Origin: Balanoglossus misakiensis
Lineage: Eukaryota > Animalia > Hemichordata
Reading direction: 5' to 3'
Length of the DNA stretch: 64,000 nucleotides
Assembly (NCBI GenBank): GCA_040954595.2
Contig: CM082580.2
Span: 9,526,390 to 9,590,389, forward strand
Part shown: one piece after another, positions 38,501-50,800 of the stretch
Numbering within the stretch: the stretch's first letter is position 1
Layout: the number at the start of each line of letters is the position of its first letter
Program-made: the position numbers and the translations under genes
The notes under the pieces: generated by a model
The model's database searches: none
Seen by the model: only the letters and a program-made list of their open reading frames with translations
What the model was told of the DNA's origin: nothing

Positions 38501-40919
38501 CATCACAATGCTGAATTCTGACTGCAGAACATTTGCGACTCTTACGAAAACTCGGCTCTGAGGGCAGATGTTGAGAATAGGATTCAAATGCTGACGTCAT
38601 CAGATGCACCAGTCGAGGAAGAAGGTGAACTCGAGGCGCTGATGTCTTCGTAAGTCCGTTGAATACTGATTGATACATAATGTTGTCCAAATGACCTACG
38701 ACCTTTAAAATAGTCCTTGTTGGTCATGTCTGTTGTAACACGCACACATGATATTATGACTCGGAAACAATTTTATACTTATGGCTTGTCGCAACATTAT
38801 GAAAAAAACTATAAAGTTCTAGCTCTTAAGCAAAGTCAAAGTTTATCGAACCGAAAAATGTATTAGTATACAAATAAACTCACGAAAGAAAATAATTGCC
38901 ATCATTCATGCCATTTTACCCTTTTCTAGGTACAAATCCTCGTGGTGGACCCAATTTGTTCTGTTGTTGCGCCGAAGCTGTCGTTCTGTTATTCGCGATC
39001 AAGCATCGCTGAAAACCCGTGTACCGGCGCATATTTTGGCGGGTCTTTTCTTCGGCTTGTGTTATTTCGACCAGCGGGATTTGGAAACCGTGCAGAATGT
39101 GACGGGATACTTGGCTCTCATGCTAATTCTGCTGGCGTCAGAAACAGTATTTTCTATTGTACAGGTGAGTACAAAATTGATATAGCAAGTTGTGTTGTTA
39201 ACACAAAGCTCTTCTTCGATATATGGTTTGCTGTATTTCCCGTGGTCCTAATATAGAGAGGATTATTTCAGTCAAGGCTAGGTCCCGAACCTTCGGCCAC
39301 ATTGACTGAGAACTGTTTTTTTTTCATGTAGATTCTACCAATGGAAGTCCCGGTCTTTTTACGGGAATATCACACTGGAATGTACAACACGGCTGCCTAT
39401 TTCTTCTCCAGAGTCCTTGCCGAGGTAACGTAAAAATGTGTTTTCCTTATTTTAAACGCAGGATAACTGATCGATTATTTTACCCCGCAAATGCTGTTTC
39501 AGCAGTATGTTGCTGAGTATCTAATGCATGATGTAATTAGCCCTTTTATTGTTGTATCCACAGATACCGTCGCTTTTCTTATGCAAATCTTTGTACATAC
39601 TGGTTTCCTATTGGATGGTTGGTAAGTCATATCTGCTGTTGGTTGGAGTCCGCCATAGATATGCATATGTCATTTTCGGACTTTCCAGTACTTTTGCATT
39701 TGCTTGCGTAAGCGTTTGAATACTGAACCAACTTGTACACTTGAAAGTCAGCGAATTCTAAAATACCTTTCAACGGCTCGTAGGCGATTTAAAAATCAAG
39801 AAAGGACAATTCTCACAGGCATAATTTCTGTACATACATGTAAGTAGTAAAGTCATAGTTCTCCATATCTTTCCTGTTTTCTAGGTTTATCCCCGGACTT
39901 TGCTCGATTTTTAGGCTGTTGCATCATCACATTCCTAACATCCGGTGTTGGGTTTGCCTTTGGTAAGCATAAGGGACCCGTTGTACATGTCTTCACTTTC
40001 TTGGTGATTATGACACAAAAGTAAGTGTTCTGATAACGGAACATTTGGTTTTTCTCTCAACAGGAATGTTTGTGTCGATGACAAGCGATAATGTCACTGT
40101 CGTCCTCGCAATAGCCCAGTCTGTCCTTCTGCCCATGATCATTGTTGGTGGATTCTTCATCACTCCTCAGTAAGTTGATTGATTGATTGATTGATTGATT
40201 ATAGATTTATTTCTTGATTTATTCGGATATCAAATTTTACCACTTTGATTCCGATAACTTTTCCAATAACCGTTTCACGAATAACAAGTCTTTTATCCGT
40301 TGAAAAGTGTGTCAATAACTTCAAATTTGCATATTTATTGTTAATTTACAATAAGTGCTACGCTTCCGACATGTCAAAAATCAAGATAACCAATTCATGA
40401 AACTCCGAACTCTTCGCAGATCTATACCTGCGTATATGTTCTGGTTACAATACACCAGTTGGTTTTACTACGGCTTTGAACTGCTTAACATCAACGAGTG
40501 GATTGGACAGGAAAGCCTGGACTGCAGTACCTCCTACAAACCTCACTGTGTTGCTACTGGTGAACAGGTCCTCGGTAGCCTTGGATACACACCGGTAAAA
40601 AAACTCTTAAAATCGCCTACTTTTTGATGGGTTAGCGATCTTGCATACCTCGAAAGACATTTGAATCACAGTTCTTCGAAATAAATCATATGCACGCCAC
40701 AACAAATGCAATGTTTTCTTCTAAAACAATAAATATCTCTTTTCCGACAGATTAAAGAATATTACAGCTGCCTTTTTTGTATTTCAGGAACACGTGATTC
40801 CAGACACGATAGCCTTGATAAGTCTCTTCTTTGGCTACCTGCTTTTGGGTTATCTCTTACTTCTGTACAGGGTCTCGTCTCATCGGCGCCACTGTGTAAC
40901 AGGACGAAATTCTCTTTGA
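35506..40919 (+). CDS. ABC transporter subfamily G half-transporter, white/scarlet-like, 15 exons, 649 aa
   Basis: Exons: 35506-35550 (least certain), 36686-36851, 36945-36993, 37227-37422, 37596-37748, 37918-38084, 38214-38388, 38528-38649, 38930-39164, 39332-39424, 39564-39621, 39885-39962, 40064-40169, 40420-40594, 40788-40919. All GT-AG, phases compatible, 1950 nt. Walker A GSSGSGKTT, Q-loop YVEQ, signature LSGGEKKRL, Walker [10 protein letters not shown]-loop TVHQP, then [19 protein letters not shown] and [14 protein letters not shown], in NBD-then-TMD order. Confidence 0.93.
37482..37520 (+). repeat. (ATC)n/(GTC)n compound microsatellite in an ABCG intron
   Basis: Direct reading. Confidence 0.85.
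40175..40200 (+). repeat. (GATT)n microsatellite directly after an ABCG donor site
   Basis: Direct reading. Confidence 0.85.
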
Positions 40920-41187
40920 TTGGATGCGGCTGTGGTGGATACATGTGTCGAAATACATCTCTGGATGAAAGGCCAATAATCTGAGTGGTGATAATGAGGC
41001 CCGGATACTTATTGCCGTCGGTCACGATTCTGCGGATATTCTATACATCGTTACTGTACGTATTCACGACGGCGTTTCTTAACATTGGGGAATGTTCAGC
41101 CCCAATTTCAACGAACCATTCAAAAACACAGTCAATCAATTCGCCTATATTTTCACGTTGTAAATATTTGGGTGTTAACTACTGTAA

Positions 41188-41216
41188 AATAAATATTCAT
41201 ACCACTTTATAATAAA
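41188..41216 (+). terminator. Candidate ABCG polyadenylation signals
   Basis: AATAAA at 41188-41193 and 41211-41216, followed by T-rich sequence. Confidence 0.5.
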
Positions 41217-41403
41217 CTTTCTGTTTTTTACAATCGCAAGCGGTATCTATTAGATTTTGTACTGTCCTAATGAGCCATTTTGGTCAAGTCACTCTCCTCC
41301 AGTAGGACCCAGACCTTTAGAAAAACGCTGTCGAGAAACATTCAGTTGAGTGTTGTTCTCTGCTCGACGAAACACGTACAATCTTTTCAAAGTGGACGTG
41401 ACT

Positions 41404-41469
41404 TTAAGGTAGATAGTATAAGGGGCAGATTGTCAGAAAAATAATAGTCCACTAAACCTTCAACCTTAA
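41404..41469. mobile_element. 66-bp TTAA-flanked inverted-repeat mini-element at the satellite junction
   Basis: TTAAGGTAGA (41404-41413) and TCAACCTTAA (41460-41469) are 9/10 reverse-complementary. Both ends carry TTAA with internal GG...CC termini. Confidence 0.35.
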
Positions 41470-41470
41470 T

Positions 41471-41818
41471 TGGTTATAGCTCATGAAAATCATCAAAAAT
41501 GACAATTTTTCGACTTTGCGATATCTGAAAAATTCGACGATTTTTGAAAAAAACCATGGGTTATAGCTCATGAAAATCATCCGAAAATGACTATTTTTCG
41601 ACTTTGCGAATTTTAAAAATTTCTTCATTTTTTCGAAAAAACCATGGGTTATAGCTCATGAAAATCATCCGAAAATGACAATTTTTCGACTTTGCGAATT
41701 TTCAAAATTTCTTCATTTTTTCGACAAAACCATGGGTTACAGCTCATGAAGATCATCCGAAAATGACTATTTTTCGACTTTGCGAATTTTCAAAATTTTA
41801 TCATTTTTTCGAAAAAAC
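41471..41818 (+). repeat. Four diverged edge-type monomers of the 87-bp satellite
   Basis: All four carry CTCATGAA and AATGAC(T/A)A. Most also carry ATCATCCGAAAATG and TT(C)TTCATTTTTTCGA, in place of consensus CTCAGGAA, ATCGTCAGAAATCGACGA and TTGGTCATTTTTTGA. Confidence 0.9.
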
Positions 41819-44800
41819 CATGGGTTATAGCTCAGGAAAATCGTCAGAAATCGACGATTTTCCGACTTTGCGAATTTTGAAAATTTGGTCATTTTTTGAA
41901 AAAACCATGGGTTATAACTCAGGAAAATCGTCAGAAATCGACGATTTTTCGACTTTGCGAATTTTGAAAATTTGGTCATTTTTTGAAAAAACCATGGGTT
42001 ATAGCTCAGGAAAATCGTCAGAAATCGACGATTTTTCGACTTTGCGAATTTTGAAAAATTGGTCATTTTTTGAAAAAAACCATGGGTTATAGCTCAGGAA
42101 AATCGTCAGAAATCGACGATTTTTCGACTTTGCGAATTTTGAAAATTTGGTCATTTTTTGAAAAAACCATGGGTTATAGCTCAGGAAAATCGTCAGAAAT
42201 CGACGGTTTTTCGACAATGCGAATTTTGAAAATTTGGTCATTTTTTGAAAAAACCATGGGTTATAGCTCAGGAAAATCGTCAGAAATCCACTATTTTTCG
42301 ACTTTGCGAATTTTGAAAATTTGGTCATTTTTTGAAAAAAACCATGGGTTATAGCTCAGGAAAATCGTCAGAAATCGACGATTTTTCGACTTTGCGAATT
42401 TTGAAAATTTGGTCATTTTTTGAAAAAACCATGGGTTATAGCTCAGGAAAATCGTCAGAAATCGACGATTTTTCGACTTTGCGAATTTTGAAAATTTGGT
42501 CATTTTTTGAAAAAACCATGGGTTATAGCTCAGGAAAATCGTCAGAAATCGACGATTTTTCGACTTTGCGAATTTTGAAAATTTGGTCATTTTTTGAAAA
42601 AAAACCATGGGTTATAGCTCAGGAAAATCGTCAGAAATCGACGATTTTTCGACTTTTGCGAATTTTGAAAATTTGGTCATTTTTTGAAAAAACCATGGGT
42701 TATAGCTCAGGAAAATCGTCAGAAATCGACGATTTTTCGACTTTGCGAATTTTGAAAATTTGGTCATTTTTTGAAAAAACCATGGGTCATAGCTCAGGAA
42801 AATCGTCAGAAATTGACGATTTTTCGACTTTGCGAATTTTGAAAATTTGGTCATTTTTTGAAAAAACCATGGGTTATAGCTCAGGAAAATCGTCAGAAAT
42901 CGACGATTTTTCGACTTTGCGAATTTTGAAAATTTGGTCATTTTTTGAAAAAACCATGGGTTATAGCTCAGGAAAATCGTCAGAAATCGACGATTTTTCG
43001 ACTTTGCGAATTTTGAAAATTTGGTCATTTTTTGAAAAAACCATGGGTTATAGCTCAGGAAAATCGTCAGAAATCGACGATTTTTCGACTTTGCGAATTT
43101 TGAAAATTTGGTCATTTTTTGAAAAAACCATGGGTTATAGCTCAGGAAAATCGTCAGAAATCGACGATTTTTGTGACTTTGCGAATTTTGAAAATTTGGT
43201 CATTTTTTGAAAAAACCATGGGTTATAGCTCAGGAAAATCGTCAGAAATCGACGATTTTTCGACTTTGCGAATTTTGAAAATTTGGTCATTTTTTGAAAA
43301 AACCATGGGTTATAGCTCAGGAAAATCGTCAGAAATCGACGATTTTTCGACTTTGCGAATTTTGAAAATTTGGTCATTTTTTGAAAAAACCATGGGTTAT
43401 AGCTCAGGAAAATCGTCAGAAATCGACGATTTTTCGACTTTGCGAATTTTGAAAATTTGGTCATTTTTTGAAAAAACCATGGGTTATAGTTCAGGAAAAT
43501 CGTCAGAAATCGACGATTTTTCGACTTTGCGAATTTTGAAAATTTGGTCATTTTTTGAAAAAACCATGGGTTATAGCTCAGGAAAATCGTCAGAAATCGA
43601 CGATTTTTCGACTTTGCGAATTTTGAAAATTTGGTCATTTTTTGAAAAAACCATGGGTTATAGCTCAGGAAAATCGTCAGAAATCGACGATTTTTCGACT
43701 TTGCGAATTTTGAAAATTTGGTCATTTTTTGAAAAAACCATGGGTTATAGCTCAGGAAAATCGTCAGAAATCGACGATTTTTCGACTTTGCGAATTTTGA
43801 AAATTAGGTCATTTTTTGAAAAAACCATGGGTTATAGCTCAGGAAAATCGTCAGAAATCGACGATTTTTCGACTTTGCGAATTTTGAAAATTTGGTCATT
43901 TTTTGAAAAAACCATGGGTTATAGCTCAGGAAAATCGTCAGAAATCGACGATTTTTGTGACTTTGCGAATTTTGAAAATTTGGTCATTTTTTGAAAAAAC
44001 CATGGGTTATAGCTCAGGAAAATCGTCAGAAATCGACGATTTTTCGACTTTGCGAATTTTGAAAATTTGGTCATTTTTTGAAAAAACCATGGGTTATAGC
44101 TCAGGAAAATCGTCAGAAATCGACGATTTTTCGACTTTGCGAATTTTGAAAATTTGGTCATTTTTTGAAAAAACCAAGGGTTATAGCTCAGGAAAATCGT
44201 CAGAAATCGACGATTTTTCGACTTTGCGAATTTTGAAAATGTCGTCATTTTTTGAAAAAACCATGGGTTATAGCTCAGGAAAATCGTCAGAAATCGACGA
44301 TTTTTCGACAATGCGAATTTTGAAAATTTGGTCATTTTTTGAAAAAACAATGGGTTATAGCTCAGGAAAATCGTCAGAAATCGACTATTTTTCGACTTTG
44401 CGAATTTTCAAAATTTCTTCATTTTTTCGAAAAAACCATGGGTTATAGCTCAGGAAAATCGTCAGAAATCGACGATTTTTCGACTTTGCGAATTTTGAAA
44501 ATTTGGTCATTTTTTGAAAAAACCATGGGTTATAGCTCAGGAAAATCGTCAGAAATCGACGATTTTTCGACTTTGCGAATTTTGAAAATTTGGTCATTTT
44601 TTGAAAAAACCATGGGTTATAGCTCAGGAAAATCGTCAGAAATCGACGATTTTTCGACTTTGCGAATTTTGAAAATTTGGTCATTTTTTGAAAAAAACCA
44701 TGGGTTATAGCTCAGGAAAATCGTCAGAAATCGACGATTTTTCGACTTTGCGAATTTTGAAAATTTGGTCATTTTTTGAAAAAAACCATGGGTTATAGCT

Positions 44801-47800
44801 CAGGAAAATCGTCAGAAATCGACGATTTTTCGACTTTGCGAATTTTGAAAATTTGGTCATTTTTTGAAAAAACCATGGGTTATAGCTCAGGAAAATCGTC
44901 AGAAATCGACGATTTTTCGACTTTGCGAATTTTGAAAATTTGGTCATTTTTTGAAAAAACCATGGGTTATAGCTCAGGAAAATCGTCAGAAATCGACGAT
45001 TTTTCGACTTTGCGAATTTTGAAAATTTGGTCATTTTTTGAAAAAACCATGGGTTATAGCTCAGGAAAATCGTCAGAAATCGACGATTTTTCGACTTTGC
45101 GAATTTTGAAAATTTGGTCATTTTTTGAAAAAACCATGGGTTATAGCTCAGGAAAATCGTCAGAAATCGACGATTTTTCGACTTTGCGAATTTTGAAAAT
45201 TTGGTCATTTTTTGAAAAAACCAAGGGTTATAGCTCAGGAAAATCGTCAGAAATCGACGATTTTTCGACTTTGCGAATTTTGAAAATGTCGTCATTTTTT
45301 GAAAAAACCATGGGTTATAGCTCAGGAAAATCGTCAGAAATCGACGATTTTTCGACAATGCGAATTTTGAAAATTTGGTCATTTTTTGAAAAAACCATGG
45401 GTTATAGCTCAGGAAAATCGTCAGAAATCGACTATTTTTCGACTTTGCGAATTTTCAAAATTTCTTCATTTTTTCGAAAAAACCATGGGTTATAGCTCAG
45501 GAAAATCGTCAGAAATCGACGATTTTTCGACTTTGCGAATTTTGAAAATTTGGTCATTTTTTGAAAAAACCATGGGTTATAGCTCAGGAAAATCGTCAGA
45601 AATCGACGATTTTTCGACTTTGCGAATTTTGAAAATTTGGTCATTTTTTGAAAAAACCATGGGTTATAGCTCAGGAAAATCGTCAGAAATCGACGATTTT
45701 TCGACTTTGCAAATTTTGAAAATTTGGTCATTTTTTGAAAAAAACCATGGGTTATAGCTCAGGAAAATCGTCAGAAATCGACGATTTTTCGACTTTGCGA
45801 ATTTTGAAAATTTGGTCATTTTTTGAAAAAAACCATGGGTTATAGCTCAGGAAAATCGTCAGAAATCGACGATTTTTCGACTTTGCGAATTTTGAAAATT
45901 TGGTCATTTTTTGAAAAAACCATGGGTTATAGCTCAGGAAAATCGTCAGAAATCGACGATTTTTCGACTTTGCGAATTTTGAAAATTTGGTCATTTTTTG
46001 AAAAAACCATGGGTTATAGCTCAGGAAAATCGTCAGAAATAGACGATTTTTCGACTTTGCGAATTTTGAAAATTTGGTCATTTTTTGAAAAAAACCATGG
46101 GTTATAGCTCAGGAAAATCGTCAGAAATCGACGATTTTTCGACTTTGCGAATTTTGAAAATTTGGTCATTTTTTGAAAAAAACCATGGGTTATAGCTCAG
46201 GAAAATCGTCAGAAATCGACGATTTTTCGACTTTGCGAATTTTGAAAATTTTGTCATTTTTTGAAAAAACCATGGGTTATAGCTCAGGAAAATCGTCAGA
46301 AATCGACGATTTTTCGACTTTGCGAATTTTGAAAATTTGGTCATTTTTTGAAAAAACCATGGGTTATAGCTCAGGAAAATCGTCAGAAATCGACGATTTT
46401 TCGACTTTGCGAATTTTGAAAATTTGGTCATTTTTTGAAAAAACCATGGGTTATAGCTCAGGAAAATCGTCAGAAATCGACGATTTTTCGACTTTGCGAA
46501 TTTTGAAAATTTGGTCATTTTTTGAAAAAACCATGGGTTACAGCTCAGGAAAATCGTCAGAAATCGACGATTTTTCGACTTTGCGAATTTTGAAAATTTG
46601 GTCATTTTTTGAAAAAACCATGGGTTATAGCTCAGGAAAATCGTCAGAAATCGACGATTTTTCGACTTTGCGAATTTTGAAAATTTGGTCATTTTTTGAA
46701 AAAACCATGGGTTATAGATCAGGAAAATCGTCAGAAATCGACGATTTTTCGACTTTGCGAATTTTGAAAATGTCGTCATTTTTTGAAAAAACCATGGGTT
46801 ATAGCTCAGGAAAATCGTCAGAAATCGACGATTTTTCGACAATGCGAATTTTGAAAATTTGGTCATTTTTTGAAAAAACCATGGGTTATAGCTCAGGAAA
46901 ATCGTCAGAAATCGACTATTTTTCGACTTTGCGAATTTTCAAAATTTCTTCATTTTTTCGAAAAAACCATGGGTTATAGCTCAGGAAAATCGTCAGAAAT
47001 CGACGATTTTTCGACTTTGCGAATTTTGAAAATTTGGTCATTTTTTGAAAAAACCATGGGTTATAGGTCAGGAAAATCGTCAGAAATCGACGATTTTTCG
47101 ACTTTGCGAATTTTGAAAATTTGGTCATTTTTTGAAAAAACCATGGGTTATAGGTCAGGAAAATCGTCAGAAATCGACGATTTTTCGACTTTGCGAATTT
47201 TGAAAATTTGGTCATTTTTTGAAAAAACCATGGGTTATAGCTCAGGAAAATCGTCAGAAATCGACGATTTTTCGACTTTGCGAATTTTGAAAATTTGGTC
47301 ATTTTTTGAAAAAACCATGGGTTATAGCTCAGGAAAATCGTCAGAAATCGACGATTTTTCGACTTTGCGAATTTTGAAAATTTGGTCATTTTTTGAAAAA
47401 ACCATGGGTTATAGCTCAGGAAAATCGTCAGAAATCGACGATTTTTCGACTTTGCGAATTTTGAAAATTTGGTCATTTTTTGAAAAAACCATGGGTTATA
47501 GCTCAGGAAAATCGTCAGAAATCGACGATTTTTCGACTTTGCGAATTTTGAAAATTTGGTCATTTTTTGAAAAAACCATGGGTTATAGCTCAGGAAAATC
47601 GTCAGAAATCGACGATTTTTCGACTTTGCGAATTTTGAAAATTTGGTCATTTTTTGAAAAAAACCATGGGTTATAGCTCAGGAAAATCGTCAGAAATCGA
47701 CGATTTTTCGACTTTGCGAATTTTGAAAATTTGGTCATTTTTTGAAAAAACCATGGGTTATAGCTCAGGAAAATCGTCAGAAATCGACGATTTTTCGACT

Positions 47801-50800
47801 TTGCGAATTTTGAAAATTTGGTCATTTTTTGAAAAAACCATGGGTTATAGCTCAGGAAAATCGTCAGAAATCGACGATTTTTCGACTTTGCGAATTTTGA
47901 AAATTTGGTCATTTTTTGAAAAAACCATGGGTTATAGCTCAGGAAAATCGTCAGAAATCGACGATTTTTCGACTTTGCGAATTTTGAAAATTTGGTCATT
48001 TTTTGAAAAAAACCATGGGTTATAGCTCAGGAAAATCGTCAGAAATCGACGATTTTTCGACTTTGCGAATTTTGAAAATTTGGTCATTTTTTGAAAAAAC
48101 CATGGGTTATAGCTCAGGAAAATCGTCAGAAATCGACGATTTTTCGACTTTGCGAATTTTGAAAATTTTGTCATTTTTTGAAAAAACCATGGGTTATAGC
48201 TCAGGAAAATCGTCAGAAATCGACGATTTTTCGACTTTGCGAATTTTGAAAATTTGGTCATTTTTTGAAAAAACCATGGGTTATAGCTCAGGAAAATCGT
48301 CAGAAATCGACGATTTTTCGACTTTGCGAATTTTGAAAATTTGGTCATTTTTTGAAAAAACCATGGGTTATAGCTCAGGAAAATCGTCAGAAATCGACGA
48401 TTTTTCGACTTTGCGAATTTTGAAAATTTGGTCATTTTTTGAAAAAACCATGGGTTATAGCTCAGGAAAATCGTCAGAAATCGACGATTTTTCGACTTTG
48501 CGAATTTTGAAAATGTCGTCATTTTTTGAAAAAACAATGGGTTATAGCTCAGGAAAATCGTCAGAAATCGACGATTTTTCGACAATGCGAATTTTGAAAA
48601 TTTGGTCATTTTTTGAAAAAACCATGGGTTATAGCTCAGGAAAATCGTCAGAAATCGACAATTTTTCGACTTTGCGAATTTTCAAAATTTCTTCATTTTT
48701 TCGAAAAAACCATGGGTTATAGCTCAGGAAAATCGTCAGAAATCGACGATTTTTCGACTTTGCGAATTTTGAAAATTTGGTCATTTTTTGAAAAAACCAT
48801 GGGTTATAGCTCAGGAAAATCGTCAGAAATCGACGATTTTTCGACTTTGCGAATTTTGAAAATTTGGTCATTTTTTGAAAAAACCATGGGTTATAGCTCA
48901 GGAAAATCGTCAGAAATCGACAATTTTTCGACTTTGCGAATTTTGAAAATTTCTTCATTTTTTCGAAAAAACCATGGGTTATAGCTCAGGAAAATCGTCA
49001 GAAATCGACGATTTTTCGACTTTGCGAATTTTGAAAATTTGGTCATTTTTTGAAAAAACCATGGGTTATAGCTCAGGAAAATCGTCAGAAATCGACGATT
49101 TTTCGACTTTGCGAATTTTGAAAATTTGGTCATTTTTTGAAAAAACCATGGGTTATAGCTCAGGAAAATCGTCAGAAATCGACGATTTTTCGACTTTGCG
49201 AATTTTGAAAATTTGGTCATTTTTTGAAAAAACCATGGGTTATAGCTCAGGAAAATCGTCAGAAATCGACGATTTTTCGACTTTGCGAATTTTGAAAATT
49301 TGGTCATTTTTTGAAAAAAACCATGGGTTATAGCTCAGGAAAATCGTCAGAAATCGACGATTTTTCGACTTTGCGAATTTTGAAAATTTGGTCATTTTTT
49401 GAAAAAACCATGGGTTATAGCTCAGGAAAATCGTCAGAAATCGACGATTTTTCGACTTTGCGAATTTTAAAAATTTGGTCATTTTTTGAAAAAACCATGG
49501 GTTATAGCTCAGGAAAATCGTCAGAAATCGACGATTTTTCGACTTTGCGAATTTTGAAAATTTGGTCATTTTTTGAAAAAACCATGGGTTATAGCTCAGG
49601 AAAATCGTCAGAAATCGACGATTTTTCGACTTTGCGAATTTTAAAAATTTGGTCATTTTTTGAAAAAAACCATGGGTTATAGCTCAGGAAAATCGTCAGA
49701 AATCGACGATTTTTCGACTTTGCGAATTTTGAAAATTTGGTCATTTTTTGAAAAAAACCATGGGTTATAGCTCAGGAAAATCGTCAGAAATCGACGATTT
49801 TTCGACTTTGCGAATTTTGAAAATTTGGTCATTTTTTGAAAAAACCATGGGTTATAGCTCAGGAAAATCGTCAGAAATCGACGATTTTTCGACTTTGCGA
49901 ATTTTGAAAATTTGGTCATTTTTTGAAAAAATCCATGGGTTATAGCTCAGGAAAATCGTCAGAAATCGACGATTTTTCGACTTTGCGAATTTTGAAAATT
50001 TGGTCATTTTTTGAAAAAAACCATGGGTTATAGCTCAGGAAAATCGTCAGAAATCGACGATTTTTCGACTTTGCGAATTTTGAAAATTTGGTCATTTTTT
50101 GAAAAAACCATGGGTTATAGCTCAGGAAAATCGCCAGAAATCGACGATTTTTCGACTTTGCGAATTTTGAAAATTTGGTCATTTTTTGAAAAAACCATGG
50201 GTTATAGCTCAGGAAAATCGTCAGAAATCGACGATTTTTCGACTTTGCGAATTTTGAAAATTTGGTCATTTTTTGAAAAAACCATGGGTTATAGCTCAGG
50301 AAAATCGTCAGAAATCGACGATTTTTCGACTTTGCGAATTTTGAAAATTTGGTCATTTTTTGAAAAAAACATGGGTTATAGCTCAGGAAAATCGTCAGAA
50401 ATCGACGATTTTTCGACTTTGCGAATTTTGAAAATTTGGTCATTTTTTGAAAAAACCATGGGTTATAGCTCAGGAAAATCGTCAGAAATCGACGATTTTT
50501 CGACTTTGCGAATTTTGAAAATTTGGTCATTTTTTGAAAAAACCATGGGTTATAGCTCAGGAAAATCGTCAGAAATCGACGATTTTTCGACTTTGCGAAT
50601 TTTGAAAATTTGGTCATTTTTGAAAAAACCATGGGTTATAGCTCAGGAAAATCGTCAGAAATCGACGATTTTTCGACTTTGCGAATTTTGAAAATTTGGT
50701 CATTTTTTGAAAAAACCATGGGTTATAGCTCAGGAAAATCGTCAGAAATCGACGATTTTTCGACTTTGCGAATTTTGAAAATTTGGTCATTTTTTGAAAA

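Noticed and set aside
41819-41905. CENP-B box in the monomer (TTTCG... on either strand)
   Set aside because: Only TTCG matches; the required A and CGGG positions of NTTCGNNNNANNCGGGN are absent.
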